DNA of 64,000 nucleotides from a virus (lineage: Duplodnaviria; Caudoviricetes), in IMG/VR virus record IMGVR_UViG_3300031576_000039, positions 702 through 64,701 of that record; one strand, given 5' to 3'. Each line of letters begins with the position of its first letter. Positions within the stretch are counted from its first letter, which is position 1. Shown piece by piece: positions 45,702 through 53,786 of the stretch. Both the position numbers and the translations under genes were made by a program. The notes under the pieces were generated by a model. The model saw nothing but the letters and a program-made list of their open reading frames with translations. It was not told where the DNA came from and did not search any database.

Positions 45702-47086
45702 CGCGCGACTCCGCGCAGCTGGACCTGCGCCGCCGGCGCCCCGCCGTCGACAACCACCTCGTGGCCCTCGCCGACGTACGCCTTCATCCGCCTCCGCGCG
45801 TGCTTCTCGAGCCACGGGTCGCCCTTGTCGAGGACGTCCCACACCTCGAACTCCATCTTGCGCCCGCCGTCGGTGCGCATGCCGCGGCCGATCCGCTGGA
45901 GCGCCGCGATCGTGCTCTTGCCCGCCGACCCCACCACCACCGACGCGAGCGCCGGGATGTCGATCCCCTCCTGGAAGATCACGGAGCAGACGAGCACGTC
46001 CACGTCGCCGCGGGTCAGCCGCCGCACCGCCGCCTGCCGCCGCTCGGTGGCGACGTCGCCCCACACGAACTCGACCTTGACCCTGGCCCGCTCGAGAGCG
46101 CGCGCCAGCGCCTCGCCGTGGTCGATCTCCTTGACGAACAGGAGGCACGGCTTCGCCGCGCGCAGGGCGAGCTGGGCGAGAAGGTCATTGCGCTGGCGTG
46201 ACCCGACGACCAGCTCTCGGTAGACGTCGCTCCACCCGCCGTCCACCGACCCCTGCGGGCAGGCGACCATGCGGATCCTGGGCCGCGCCAGGACGCCCTC
46301 GTCGATCAGGTCGCCGGGGCGCAGGCGGAACACGCGCGGCCCGATCGCCGCCACCACCAGGATGCTGCGCTGGTCGGTGCGGTCGAACGGCGTGCCGGAC
46401 AGGCCGACCCGCCAGTACGCGCTCTTCGTGCGCATCGCGATCCGCCAGAACTGGTCGGCGCCGACCACGTGCGCCTCGTCGAAGACGGCGCCCTCGGTAG
46501 CACTCAGGAGCGCCTCCGCCCGCTTGTCCTTGGCGCGCAGGGCCGCCGCGATCGACTGGTAGGTGGCGACGGTGAACCTCCGCACGTCCCACAGGCCGTC
46601 GCCGACCCGGCCCGCGACGTCACCCGTGCGCAGCTCGTAGCGGTCGGCCGCCTGGTGCATGAGGTCCTTCCGGTGCGCCACGAACAGCCAGCGGCACGGG
46701 AGCACGCGGGCCAGCGCGACCGCCAGCTCGGTCTTGCCCGCGCCGGTCGGCAGGTGCACCACGCCGCGGGTCGAGGCCAGGATCGCGTCCACCGCCGCGC
46801 GCTGGTAGTCGCGCAGCCACGAGGTGTCCGCGGCGACGTCGGGCGGGCAGGGCACCGCGCGCCGGTCGACGACCTCGACGGTCAGCCCGTCCAACTTCGC
46901 CGCGCGCTTGACGTGCGGGATCAGGCCCGACGGGAACGACCCGGCGGTCTCGTTCCACAGGGCGCTGGACCTGCGCTTGCGCCGTCCGCGGTCCTCGTCG
47001 AACGCGAGGAAGTCGCGCAGCCAGGCGCGCTCGTCGGGCGTCACCCGGAGGGCGCGCGCGTGCAGGTTGTCCGCGTCGAGCCAGAT
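45698..47086 (-). CDS. SF2 DNA helicase (UvsW/Rad25-like); start either ATC 47086 or GTG 47044
   Basis: LRDYQ, PTGAGKT, DEAH, SGTP, EGIDIP, QRIGRGMR. Confidence 0.9.
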   Translation of the reverse strand: MWLDADNLHARALRVTPDERAWLRDFLAFDEDRGRRKRRSSALWNETAGSFPSGLIPHVKRAAKLDGLTVEVVDRRAVPCPPDVAADTSWLRDYQRAAVDAILASTRGVVHLPTGAGKTELAVALARVLPCRWLFVAHRKDLMHQAADRYELRTGDVAGRVGDGLWDVRRFTVATYQSIAAALRAKDKRAEALLSATEGAVFDEAHVVGADQFWRIAMRTKSAYWRVGLSGTPFDRTDQRSILVVAAIGPRVFRLRPGDLIDEGVLARPRIRMVACPQGSVDGGWSDVYRELVVGSRQRNDLLAQLALRAAKPCLLFVKEIDHGEALARALERARVKVEFVWGDVATERRQAAVRRLTRGDVDVLVCSVIFQEGIDIPALASVVVGSAGKSTIAALQRIGRGMRTDGGRKMEFEVWDVLDKGDPWLEKHARRRMKAYVGEGHEVVVDGGAPAAQVQLRGVAR

Positions 47087-47095
47087 GGCGTCACC

Positions 47096-47323
47096 TCACT
47101 TCGTGAGCCCGAGCGCCCGCGCGGCGTCCGGCCCGAGGTAGTCGATCAGCGAGCCGAACTGGACGTACCAGCTCCCGCCGACCTTCAGCCCGCCGAGCTT
47201 GTCGTTCTTCAGCAGCTCGTAGATGGTGGTCACGTGCCGGCCGATCCGGCGCGCCGCGTCCATCGCGGGGATGTACCCGCGCTTCGCCATGAGCTGCACC
47301 TGGTTGCTTCGCGCTTGCGGCAT
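47096..47323 (-). CDS. Excisionase/HTH_17-like DNA-binding protein
   Basis: DAARRIG....TIYELL....L.G.KVGGSWYV; TGcTAGGAT promoter upstream. Confidence 0.75.
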   Translation of the reverse strand: MPQARSNQVQLMAKRGYIPAMDAARRIGRHVTTIYELLKNDKLGGLKVGGSWYVQFGSLIDYLGPDAARALGLTK

Positions 47324-47372
47324 GTTCACCTCAGTGACTTGTGCGATCTCAGCGCCGTTATGGATCCTAGCA

Positions 47373-47969
47373 TCATTCGATCACGCCCGCGAGGCGCAGC
47401 AGCCCCTGGCCCAGGTCCGCGCCGCGGCCCGCCGCGCGGCGCAGCGCCTTCTTCGCGTCCGCCAGCTCGCCGCGCGTGCGGAAGGTCAGCTCGAGCAGGA
47501 ACACGGGGCCCGGGTCGTCGGGCTCGTCCATGTCCGGCACCTCGATCGGCGCGCCCACGTCGCCGACGTCCACGTCGCGGCCCGCGTCGAGCAGGTCGCC
47601 GACGGCCCAACCAGCCTCCGCCAGCTCCTGGGCGATCCCGGCCGCGCGCCCGAGGTCGACCTCGCCGCGCAGGCGGTTGAGCCCGACCCGGAGCGCCGCC
47701 TGCTGCCGCTCGTCCAGGGCCACCACGCGGGCGCGCACGGACGTCCTGCCCACCTCGCGCATCGCGCGGGCACGGTGGTGGCCGTCCACGATCACGAACA
47801 TGCTGGTCCCGGGAATCGGCGACACGACGATCGCAGCGAGGTCGCCGTAGGCGTCGATCGACCTCACGAGCAGCTCGTACTGCTCCCGGCCCATCACGTT
47901 GGGGTTGTCGTCGGCCTCGACGAGGTCGGCGATAGGGATGGTGACGATCGGGTGTTCCCCGTTGATCAC
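47373..47969 (-). CDS. ParB/Srx N-terminal domain protein
   Basis: NPNVM...SI..YG...IVV...IVDGHHR.RA...LNRLRG. Confidence 0.8.
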   Translation of the reverse strand: MINGEHPIVTIPIADLVEADDNPNVMGREQYELLVRSIDAYGDLAAIVVSPIPGTSMFVIVDGHHRARAMREVGRTSVRARVVALDERQQAALRVGLNRLRGEVDLGRAAGIAQELAEAGWAVGDLLDAGRDVDVGDVGAPIEVPDMDEPDDPGPVFLLELTFRTRGELADAKKALRRAAGRGADLGQGLLRLAGVIE

Positions 47970-48481
47970 GGCTCCTCCTTCCACAGGTCGTACAGGTCGG
48001 CGGACGCGAGCAGCTTGCGCCGCACCCGCGCGACCGCGGTCGGATCGAGACCGCGCGGGCGCTCGTGGTCCATGAACACGTACTGCGCCGTGTGCTCGTC
48101 GTCGTCCCCCGCGACCTGCCGCGCGATGCGCCAGATCCGCTCGCGCCGCCGCGCCTCGCCCACGAGTTGGTCGGGGCGGCCGAGCGCGGGCAGGTCCTCG
48201 GGGACCGCTGCGCGGTGGAGCCCGCGCAGCTCGGTCAGCTTGTGCGCCGACGCGCTCACCGGCGCGGACGCCTTCCACGCCCAGCGCCGGAGCGTGAGCA
48301 TCGCAGCGCGCCAGCAGTACGCCCCGACGGGAACGCCGACCCGCGGGTCGTGGGTGCGGCGTGCGCGCAGGATCGCCTCCGCTGCCTCCTGCGTCATGTC
48401 GTCGACGTCGGCCCACCAGCAGCGCGCCTTGTAGCGCGCCGCCGCCTGGGCGGCCATCTTGAGCACCTCGTCGGTGTCCAC
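47966..48481 (-). CDS. Sigma-70-like factor (region 2)
   Basis: DVDDMTQEA..AIL.A...HDP..G....AY pattern. Confidence 0.65.
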   Translation of the reverse strand: MDTDEVLKMAAQAAARYKARCWWADVDDMTQEAAEAILRARRTHDPRVGVPVGAYCWRAAMLTLRRWAWKASAPVSASAHKLTELRGLHRAAVPEDLPALGRPDQLVGEARRRERIWRIARQVAGDDDEHTAQYVFMDHERPRGLDPTAVARVRRKLLASADLYDLWKEEP

Positions 48482-48483
48482 GG

Positions 48484-48981
48484 CTAGCTCCCCCCCGAGA
48501 CGAGTCGGACGCGGACGAGCAGCGCCCGCCTGAACTTCTGCGACGACCTGGCGCGCCGGAGGTCCGCGCTGGACACGCGGGCGGCTGCGAGCTCGACCGC
48601 CCAGCCCGGCCACCCCACCCACTCGGCGTTCCCCGCGGTCCTGCCGATCGAGTTGGGCGGGCGACCGACGACACGACGAGGCCGCACCCCGGCGAGCGCC
48701 ATCGGCTCGACGAGCGTGACGCGCTGGATGACCTCCTCGTAGCCGGCCTTCTCGGCCGCGCGCACGCGGGCGGCGAAGTCGCGGGCCCTCCGGGCGGGCC
48801 TGCGGTCCGGCGGCGGGAAGCGCTCGTCGACCGCAGCGCGCACGGCACGCAGCGCGGAGGCCGCGGCCGACCTCGCGTTGCGCCGCGCGCGCGCGCCAGC
48901 GCCCTGCGACCTCAGGAGCCTCCGCAGGGCAGCGAGCAGTCGCCTGACGGGCAGCCCCAGAGGAGGCGACAGGACCGTCAC
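48484..48981 (-). CDS. Arg-rich hypothetical protein
   Basis: GTGA overlap. Confidence 0.45.
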   Translation of the reverse strand: MTVLSPPLGLPVRRLLAALRRLLRSQGAGARARRNARSAAASALRAVRAAVDERFPPPDRRPARRARDFAARVRAAEKAGYEEVIQRVTLVEPMALAGVRPRRVVGRPPNSIGRTAGNAEWVGWPGWAVELAAARVSSADLRRARSSQKFRRALLVRVRLVSGGS

Positions 48982-49154
48982 GACTCACCCCTGTGGTCGA
49001 GTGCGTCGTGGGTCGCCTCAGCGACTCGCACGAGGTCTGGGTACGCGAGCTTGTGGAAGACCGAGTGGAAGAAAGCCCGCTGGCACTCGGGGGATCCGAG
49101 CGAGCAGAAGATTTCCACCAGCTTGTCGGCCAGCACGAGCCGCGGGGCCCTCAC
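48978..49154 (-). CDS. Small hypothetical protein
   Basis: GTGA overlaps on both sides. Confidence 0.45.
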   Translation of the reverse strand: MRAPRLVLADKLVEIFCSLGSPECQRAFFHSVFHKLAYPDLVRVAEATHDALDHRGES

Positions 49155-50029
49155 GCTGCCGCCTCCGCCTCGGCGCGCGCCACGAGCTCCGCCGCCGCGA
49201 TGCCGGCGCGCAGCTTGCGGAGGCGCGCCGCGAGCGCGTCGAGTCCGGTCCCGAGCAGCTCCTCGTACTGCCGCACCTTCGCCTCCACGTCGGAGCAGCG
49301 CCGCGCCCGCCCGGCGAGGGCCCGGGCGCCGAGCGACTCGTCGACCAGCTCCGCCTCCATGACGTCGGCGGCCTCCGCCGCCTCCGCCTCGATCGCCGCG
49401 AGGACGGCCTGCACCGTCTCGTCCGTGCGCATCGCCGGGATGCGGCGCACGCGGTGCGCGGTGGCGGCCTCCACGGCGCCCGCGACGCGGCGCCAGTCGG
49501 CGGTCCGGCCTGCCGGCAAGAAGTAGAAGCCGCCCGAGTCGCGCAGCGACACGCCCCCCATGCGCTGCACGAGGCCGCACAGCCAGCCGGAGACGGCCTC
49601 GGTCTCCAGCGAGTCGAGGCAGCGGTCGTACGCGGCGGTGACCCTCGCCACCGCCTCGCGGTGGACCACGGCGTCCCCGAACCACTCCGGGCGCCCGACC
49701 GCGTTGAGCCGCACGCCGAGCACCTGGTGGTGGTCGAGGTGCTCGGACGCCCCGTCGTCGACCACCTCCTCGTCGACCACCGCCCACGTCCCGCGGCTGA
49801 TCGGGCGGGCGAGCCGGCGCCTGCCCCGCACGGTGGCGAGCGCGAGCCGGAGCGCCGCCTCGGGCGAGGTCGGCGGCGGGAGGGCGTCGGGGTTGAGGTC
49901 CGCGGCCTCCCACGAGGCCGCGAGGCGCGCGCGCTCCGCCGGCCCCGCGAGCTCCCAGTAGGTGAGGCAGCCGGCGGTCGCCAGGTCGCCGCTGGCGAGC
50001 GCCACGATCTGCGATGCGGGCGCAGCCAC
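49151..50029 (-). CDS. DUF6744/DUF3150-like phage protein
   Basis: LTYWEL...LPPP...GGVSLR.SGGFYFLP; C-terminal coiled coil. Confidence 0.55.
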   Translation of the reverse strand: MAAPASQIVALASGDLATAGCLTYWELAGPAERARLAASWEAADLNPDALPPPTSPEAALRLALATVRGRRRLARPISRGTWAVVDEEVVDDGASEHLDHHQVLGVRLNAVGRPEWFGDAVVHREAVARVTAAYDRCLDSLETEAVSGWLCGLVQRMGGVSLRDSGGFYFLPAGRTADWRRVAGAVEAATAHRVRRIPAMRTDETVQAVLAAIEAEAAEAADVMEAELVDESLGARALAGRARRCSDVEAKVRQYEELLGTGLDALAARLRKLRAGIAAAELVARAEAEAAA

Positions 50030-50031
50030 GC

Positions 50032-50505
50032 CTACGCCCCCGCCACGGTCTCGAGGTGGCCGCGCTTGATCAGCATCCGCACGCCATCGGACGCCTGCAC
50101 CGCGACGACCTTGCCGCGCGACACGTCGACCACCTTGAGGACGCCCTCGTCGATCAGGCCGGCGTAGGTCGGCGCGTGCTTGTCGCGCACCTTGACCTGG
50201 TCGCCGACCGCGAGCTCGCGGGCCGGGACCGAGGCGCGCCGCGTCGGGCGCCAGTCGGCGGGGAGCGCGTCGAGGCTGCGGATCGCGTCGCCGAGCGACG
50301 ACGCGGCACCGTCGACCATCTCGCTCGGGATCCCGAGCCCGAGGCGGTCGATCTCCTTGACGACGTTCTGGAGCAGGGTGACGCTGCGCCCGAGCTTGAC
50401 GGCGATCCGGCGGTGCCTCGCCAGCGCGGCGGGCGGCAGCGCAGCGATCAGCGAGGCGGGCGCGGGCTTGTTGTTGGTGTTGCTGCTGGGCTGGATCTTG
50501 GCCAT
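50032..50505 (-). CDS. Protein with a C-terminal SH3/KOW-like domain
   Basis: LAVGDQVKVRDK; CAA-rich leader and GAGGA RBS. Confidence 0.6.
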   Translation of the reverse strand: MAKIQPSSNTNNKPAPASLIAALPPAALARHRRIAVKLGRSVTLLQNVVKEIDRLGLGIPSEMVDGAASSLGDAIRSLDALPADWRPTRRASVPARELAVGDQVKVRDKHAPTYAGLIDEGVLKVVDVSRGKVVAVQASDGVRMLIKRGHLETVAGA

Positions 50506-50996
50506 GGTCTTGGTTCCTCTCACTCGTTGTTCGTTGTTGTTTGCTGTTTGCTGATCGATCGGGGAGGCGAGTCTACTGATCCTCGTCCGCGTCGGCCATC
50601 TCCCAGGCGCGGCGCATCGCCAGGAGCTCGAGTCCCGGCCCGCGCATCAGCGCCGCCAGGGTCCACTCGTAGAGATACCTTAGCGATACTCGTGCCAGCG
50701 TTGCAAGCATAATCCTCAGATACTTGCGAGGTCTGAGACTACTCATAGACCGTAGCGACTTCAGACACTCCGCCGCCAGGGCCGGCCCCGCGTGGATGAA
50801 TCGCTGGCGGTTACGCGGCGTTAGCCGGAGGGTGATCTCGCCAGCGACACCCTATGCAAAATTTGCGGGGTACGGCTAACGCCGCGTGTCCTCGTTCGGC
50901 CCCGCGGGCGCGGGGCCAGAAGCCGCACGCGGTATCGCCGGGTTAGCTGAGATCTATGATGTCGCCGTTGGCACTAAAATCGCTAATACCCCTCAC
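50506..50996. promoter_or_regulatory. Divergent control region with nested inverted repeats
   Basis: Only large non-coding gap at the strand switch; lower GC; 15-bp perfect inverted repeat. Confidence 0.6.
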
Positions 50997-51260
50997 ATGA
51001 CCATCACCGCCAAGTTCACCAGCATCTGCCCGGTCTGTAACGTCCGAATCACTCCCGGCACCAAGGTCGAGTGGAGCAGGGGCTCGCAGGCTCGCCACGT
51101 GGCCTGCACCGCCGCCGCGCCCGCCGCGCGCGCCGCGCGCTCTACCGCGTACACTGGTCCCGCGTACCGCGCGCGCGTCGGTGGCTCGGCTCCCCTCGTC
51201 GCCGGCTACTCGAGCTGGTGCACGGGCCGCGAGGGCTGCCGCTGCTACGACTGCGAGTAG
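50997..51260 (+). CDS. Small Zn-binding early protein
   Basis: ITAKF...CPVC...I.PG...W......H..C; C-terminal CRCYDC. Confidence 0.7.
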   Translation: MTITAKFTSICPVCNVRITPGTKVEWSRGSQARHVACTAAAPAARAARSTAYTGPAYRARVGGSAPLVAGYSSWCTGREGCRCYDCE

Positions 51261-51702
51261 TCGCACGACGACCAGCTCCAAGCACATCGCTCTCATCGAT
51301 CCTGGGTACACCGCAATCGTTGGGGACCTCTCCATCCTTGGCCGCGCGCTCGAGCATGCCCGCGGTAACTACCAGCAGGCGCGGTGGTCCACGCGCTACG
51401 GCCAGTCGCGCGATGCGCTCATCGGGCGGCTCTCGGGCGCTGAGATCCCGTGGTGCGAGGTACGCGCGCGACGCGGCGGCCGCCGCGTGCTGGTGCTCGG
51501 CACCGACGACCCCGGCGAGGCGCGCGCTGCGCACCCGTGGCTCGACGGTGGGCGCGAGTTGTTCCGCCGCTCCGTGCGGCTCCCCGCGATCACGGGCTCT
51601 GCCGCCTGCGCGGCGCTCCTGCCCGAGCCACGACGCGACGTCGTCCGCGCGCTGCGCGCCTCCGCGATGATGCGCGCCAGCGCGCTGACCCGATCGATCT
51701 GA
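51261..51702 (+). CDS. Hypothetical protein with no clear start codon, possibly degenerate
   Basis: Good codon bias from about 51280 but no in-gap ATG/GTG. Confidence 0.35.
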
Positions 51703-51735
51703 TCAAGGCAAACCCAACACAAGGACAAACCCAAC

Positions 51736-52977
51736 GTGCAGAACCTCCTCAAGACGATCCTGTTCACCCCCGGCGCCAAGGGGCGCTGGGGCCTCCCCGC
51801 GCTGTTCGAGGGCGCGCCCGGCACGGCGAAGTCGGCCGTGCTCGAGCGCCTCGCGGCCCAGACCGGGCTCCACTGCGAGACCGTGATCGCCGGCCTGCGC
51901 GCCCCCGAGGACTTCCTCGGCCTCCCGATCCCCGTCCAGGACGAGGTGGAGGAGGCGGAGGTCGCCGGGTGGCTCCTCGACGGGGCCCCGCGCGCCGAGG
52001 TCAAGCGCGCCGGCAAGGGCAAGGCGCGCGCCGTCACGCTCACGAGCGTGTCCTACGCGCCGCCGCGCTGGGCCCTCAACCTCGCGCGCGCCGGCCGCGG
52101 CGTGTGCTTCCTCGACGAGGTCAAGACCGCGCCGCCGGCCGTCCAGGCGGCGCTCCTGCGCGTCGTGCTCGAGGGCGTCGTCGGCGACCTCCGGCTCCCC
52201 GACACCGTGCGCTTCCTCGCCGCGTGCAACGCGACCGAGGACACCGCGGGAGGCTGGGACCTCGCGTCGCCGCTCGCCAACCGGTTCGGCCACTTCGACT
52301 GGTCAGCCCCCGGGGTCGACGACTGGGCTGGGTACATGGTCGGCGGCGGTGACTCCGGCGAGGCCAGCGGCGACGCGCGCGCCGAGGAGGAGCGCGTGCT
52401 CGCGGAGTGGCACAACCACTACCCGGCCGCGTGCGGGCTCGTCGTCGGGTTCCTGCGGGCGCGCCCGCAGCACCAGAACGCGCAGCCCAAGAGCGGCGAC
52501 CCGGCGGCGAGCAAGGCGTGGCCGAGCTGGCGCACGAACGAGATGGCCGTGCGCGCCCTCGCCTCCGCGCGCCTGCACGGCCTGCCCGAGGAGGAGCACT
52601 ACGACCTCGTCGGCGGCTACGTCGGACAGGGCTACGCGATCGAGCTGCGGGCGTACGCCAAGGAGGCCGACCTGCCCGACCCCGCAGCGCTCCTCGACGG
52701 GCGCGCGCGGTGGGAGCACCAGCCGATCCGGATCGACCGCACGGCCGCCGTGCTCGGCGCCTGCGCCGCGCTGGTCCGCTCGTCGTCGGAGAGGCAGAGG
52801 GAGCGCGCGGCGCGGCTGTGGAAGCTCATGCGCCCGGTCGCCGCGGACGCGGCGGACGTCTGCGTCCCGGCGGCGCAGGCGCTCGTCACCAAGCGCCTCG
52901 GGGTCGGCTCTGATGACAGCATCGAGGTGCTCGACAAGTGCTTCCCGGTCTCGGACGCCCTCCGGGGGGTCAAGTGA
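51736..52977 (+). CDS. MoxR-family AAA+ ATPase
   Basis: GAPGTAKS, FLDEV, AACN, PLANRF. Confidence 0.88.
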   Translation: MQNLLKTILFTPGAKGRWGLPALFEGAPGTAKSAVLERLAAQTGLHCETVIAGLRAPEDFLGLPIPVQDEVEEAEVAGWLLDGAPRAEVKRAGKGKARAVTLTSVSYAPPRWALNLARAGRGVCFLDEVKTAPPAVQAALLRVVLEGVVGDLRLPDTVRFLAACNATEDTAGGWDLASPLANRFGHFDWSAPGVDDWAGYMVGGGDSGEASGDARAEEERVLAEWHNHYPAACGLVVGFLRARPQHQNAQPKSGDPAASKAWPSWRTNEMAVRALASARLHGLPEEEHYDLVGGYVGQGYAIELRAYAKEADLPDPAALLDGRARWEHQPIRIDRTAAVLGACAALVRSSSERQRERAARLWKLMRPVAADAADVCVPAAQALVTKRLGVGSDDSIEVLDKCFPVSDALRGVK

Positions 52978-53786
52978 GGCAGGTCGCCCCGAGCCAGCGC
53001 GCCAAGGCCGCTGAGCGGCGCCTGCCGGCGCGCGCGGTCACCGCGTGGGTGCCGTGCTCCGCGGACCACCGCACCGGCCGGCACCCGGTCACCATCGTGC
53101 TCACAGCCGACGACCTCCTCCTGTCGATCCGGGCCGCGTGCCCGGACCGCGGTTCGTTCGCCGACGAGGTGCGCGAGCTGGGCGGGGCGTGCTGCGCGGA
53201 GGAGGTGCGCAGAGTCCGCACGTTCTACGAGGAGACGGACTCCTGGGGCCGCCACACCGGCCGCTGGGACAAGGGCCACGCGGTGCTGCGGGAGCGCGAG
53301 TTCACGATGCGCTCCTACGCCTGCCGGGTGCGCGGCGACCGCCACGCGGTCGCGGACCCGATGGTCGAGCGGTACCCGCAGCGCCACGCCAGCATGCTCA
53401 CCACGGCGGCGCGGGCCGTCTCCGGGATCTCGACGATCGAGGTGGCCGTGGCCGTGCCCTCGCCGGGCTGCCGCAGGGTCACCCACCGCGGGTACCTGCT
53501 CGCTGACCGGGACGCGGGCGGGCGGTGGGTCGTGAACGAGGAGGCGTTCCGGCAGGCGGCGGGGTCCACGCGCGGCACGGACATGCCGAGCGGTTACACG
53601 CGGTGCGAGGTGTGCCAGCTCGAGCTGGCGAGCTCGGGCGGCGCCAAGCTCCACCTGCGCGGCCGGCAGCACGCTGACGCGTTCGCGGCGCGCGCCTACC
53701 GGGTCGTCGCCTGGCTGCGCACGCGTGACCTGCGCGGGGCGAGGCCGGTGTTCCACCCCGAGATCTCAGACGGGAGGCTGCCGTGA
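52974..53786 (+). CDS. Hypothetical protein with a C-terminal matrin/JAZ-type C2H2 zinc finger
   Basis: CEVC-x12-HLRGRQH. Confidence 0.55.
   Translation: MRQVAPSQRAKAAERRLPARAVTAWVPCSADHRTGRHPVTIVLTADDLLLSIRAACPDRGSFADEVRELGGACCAEEVRRVRTFYEETDSWGRHTGRWDKGHAVLREREFTMRSYACRVRGDRHAVADPMVERYPQRHASMLTTAARAVSGISTIEVAVAVPSPGCRRVTHRGYLLADRDAGGRWVVNEEAFRQAAGSTRGTDMPSGYTRCEVCQLELASSGGAKLHLRGRQHADAFAARAYRVVAWLRTRDLRGARPVFHPEISDGRLP

Noticed and set aside
47096-47323. Prophage integration module
   Set aside because: Excisionase-like HTH only; no integrase, repressor pair, att site or host genes in the window
1-50500. Many long plus-strand ORFs (e.g. 1822-3369, 3541-5085, 11241-13475, 21353-22861, 34043-35686)
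   Set aside because: Antisense shadows of real minus-strand genes in stop-poor GC-rich DNA; no motifs or RBS
50506-50996. tRNA or tmRNA in the large intergenic gap
   Set aside because: No cloverleaf with a TTCGA T-loop and CCA end could be built by eye
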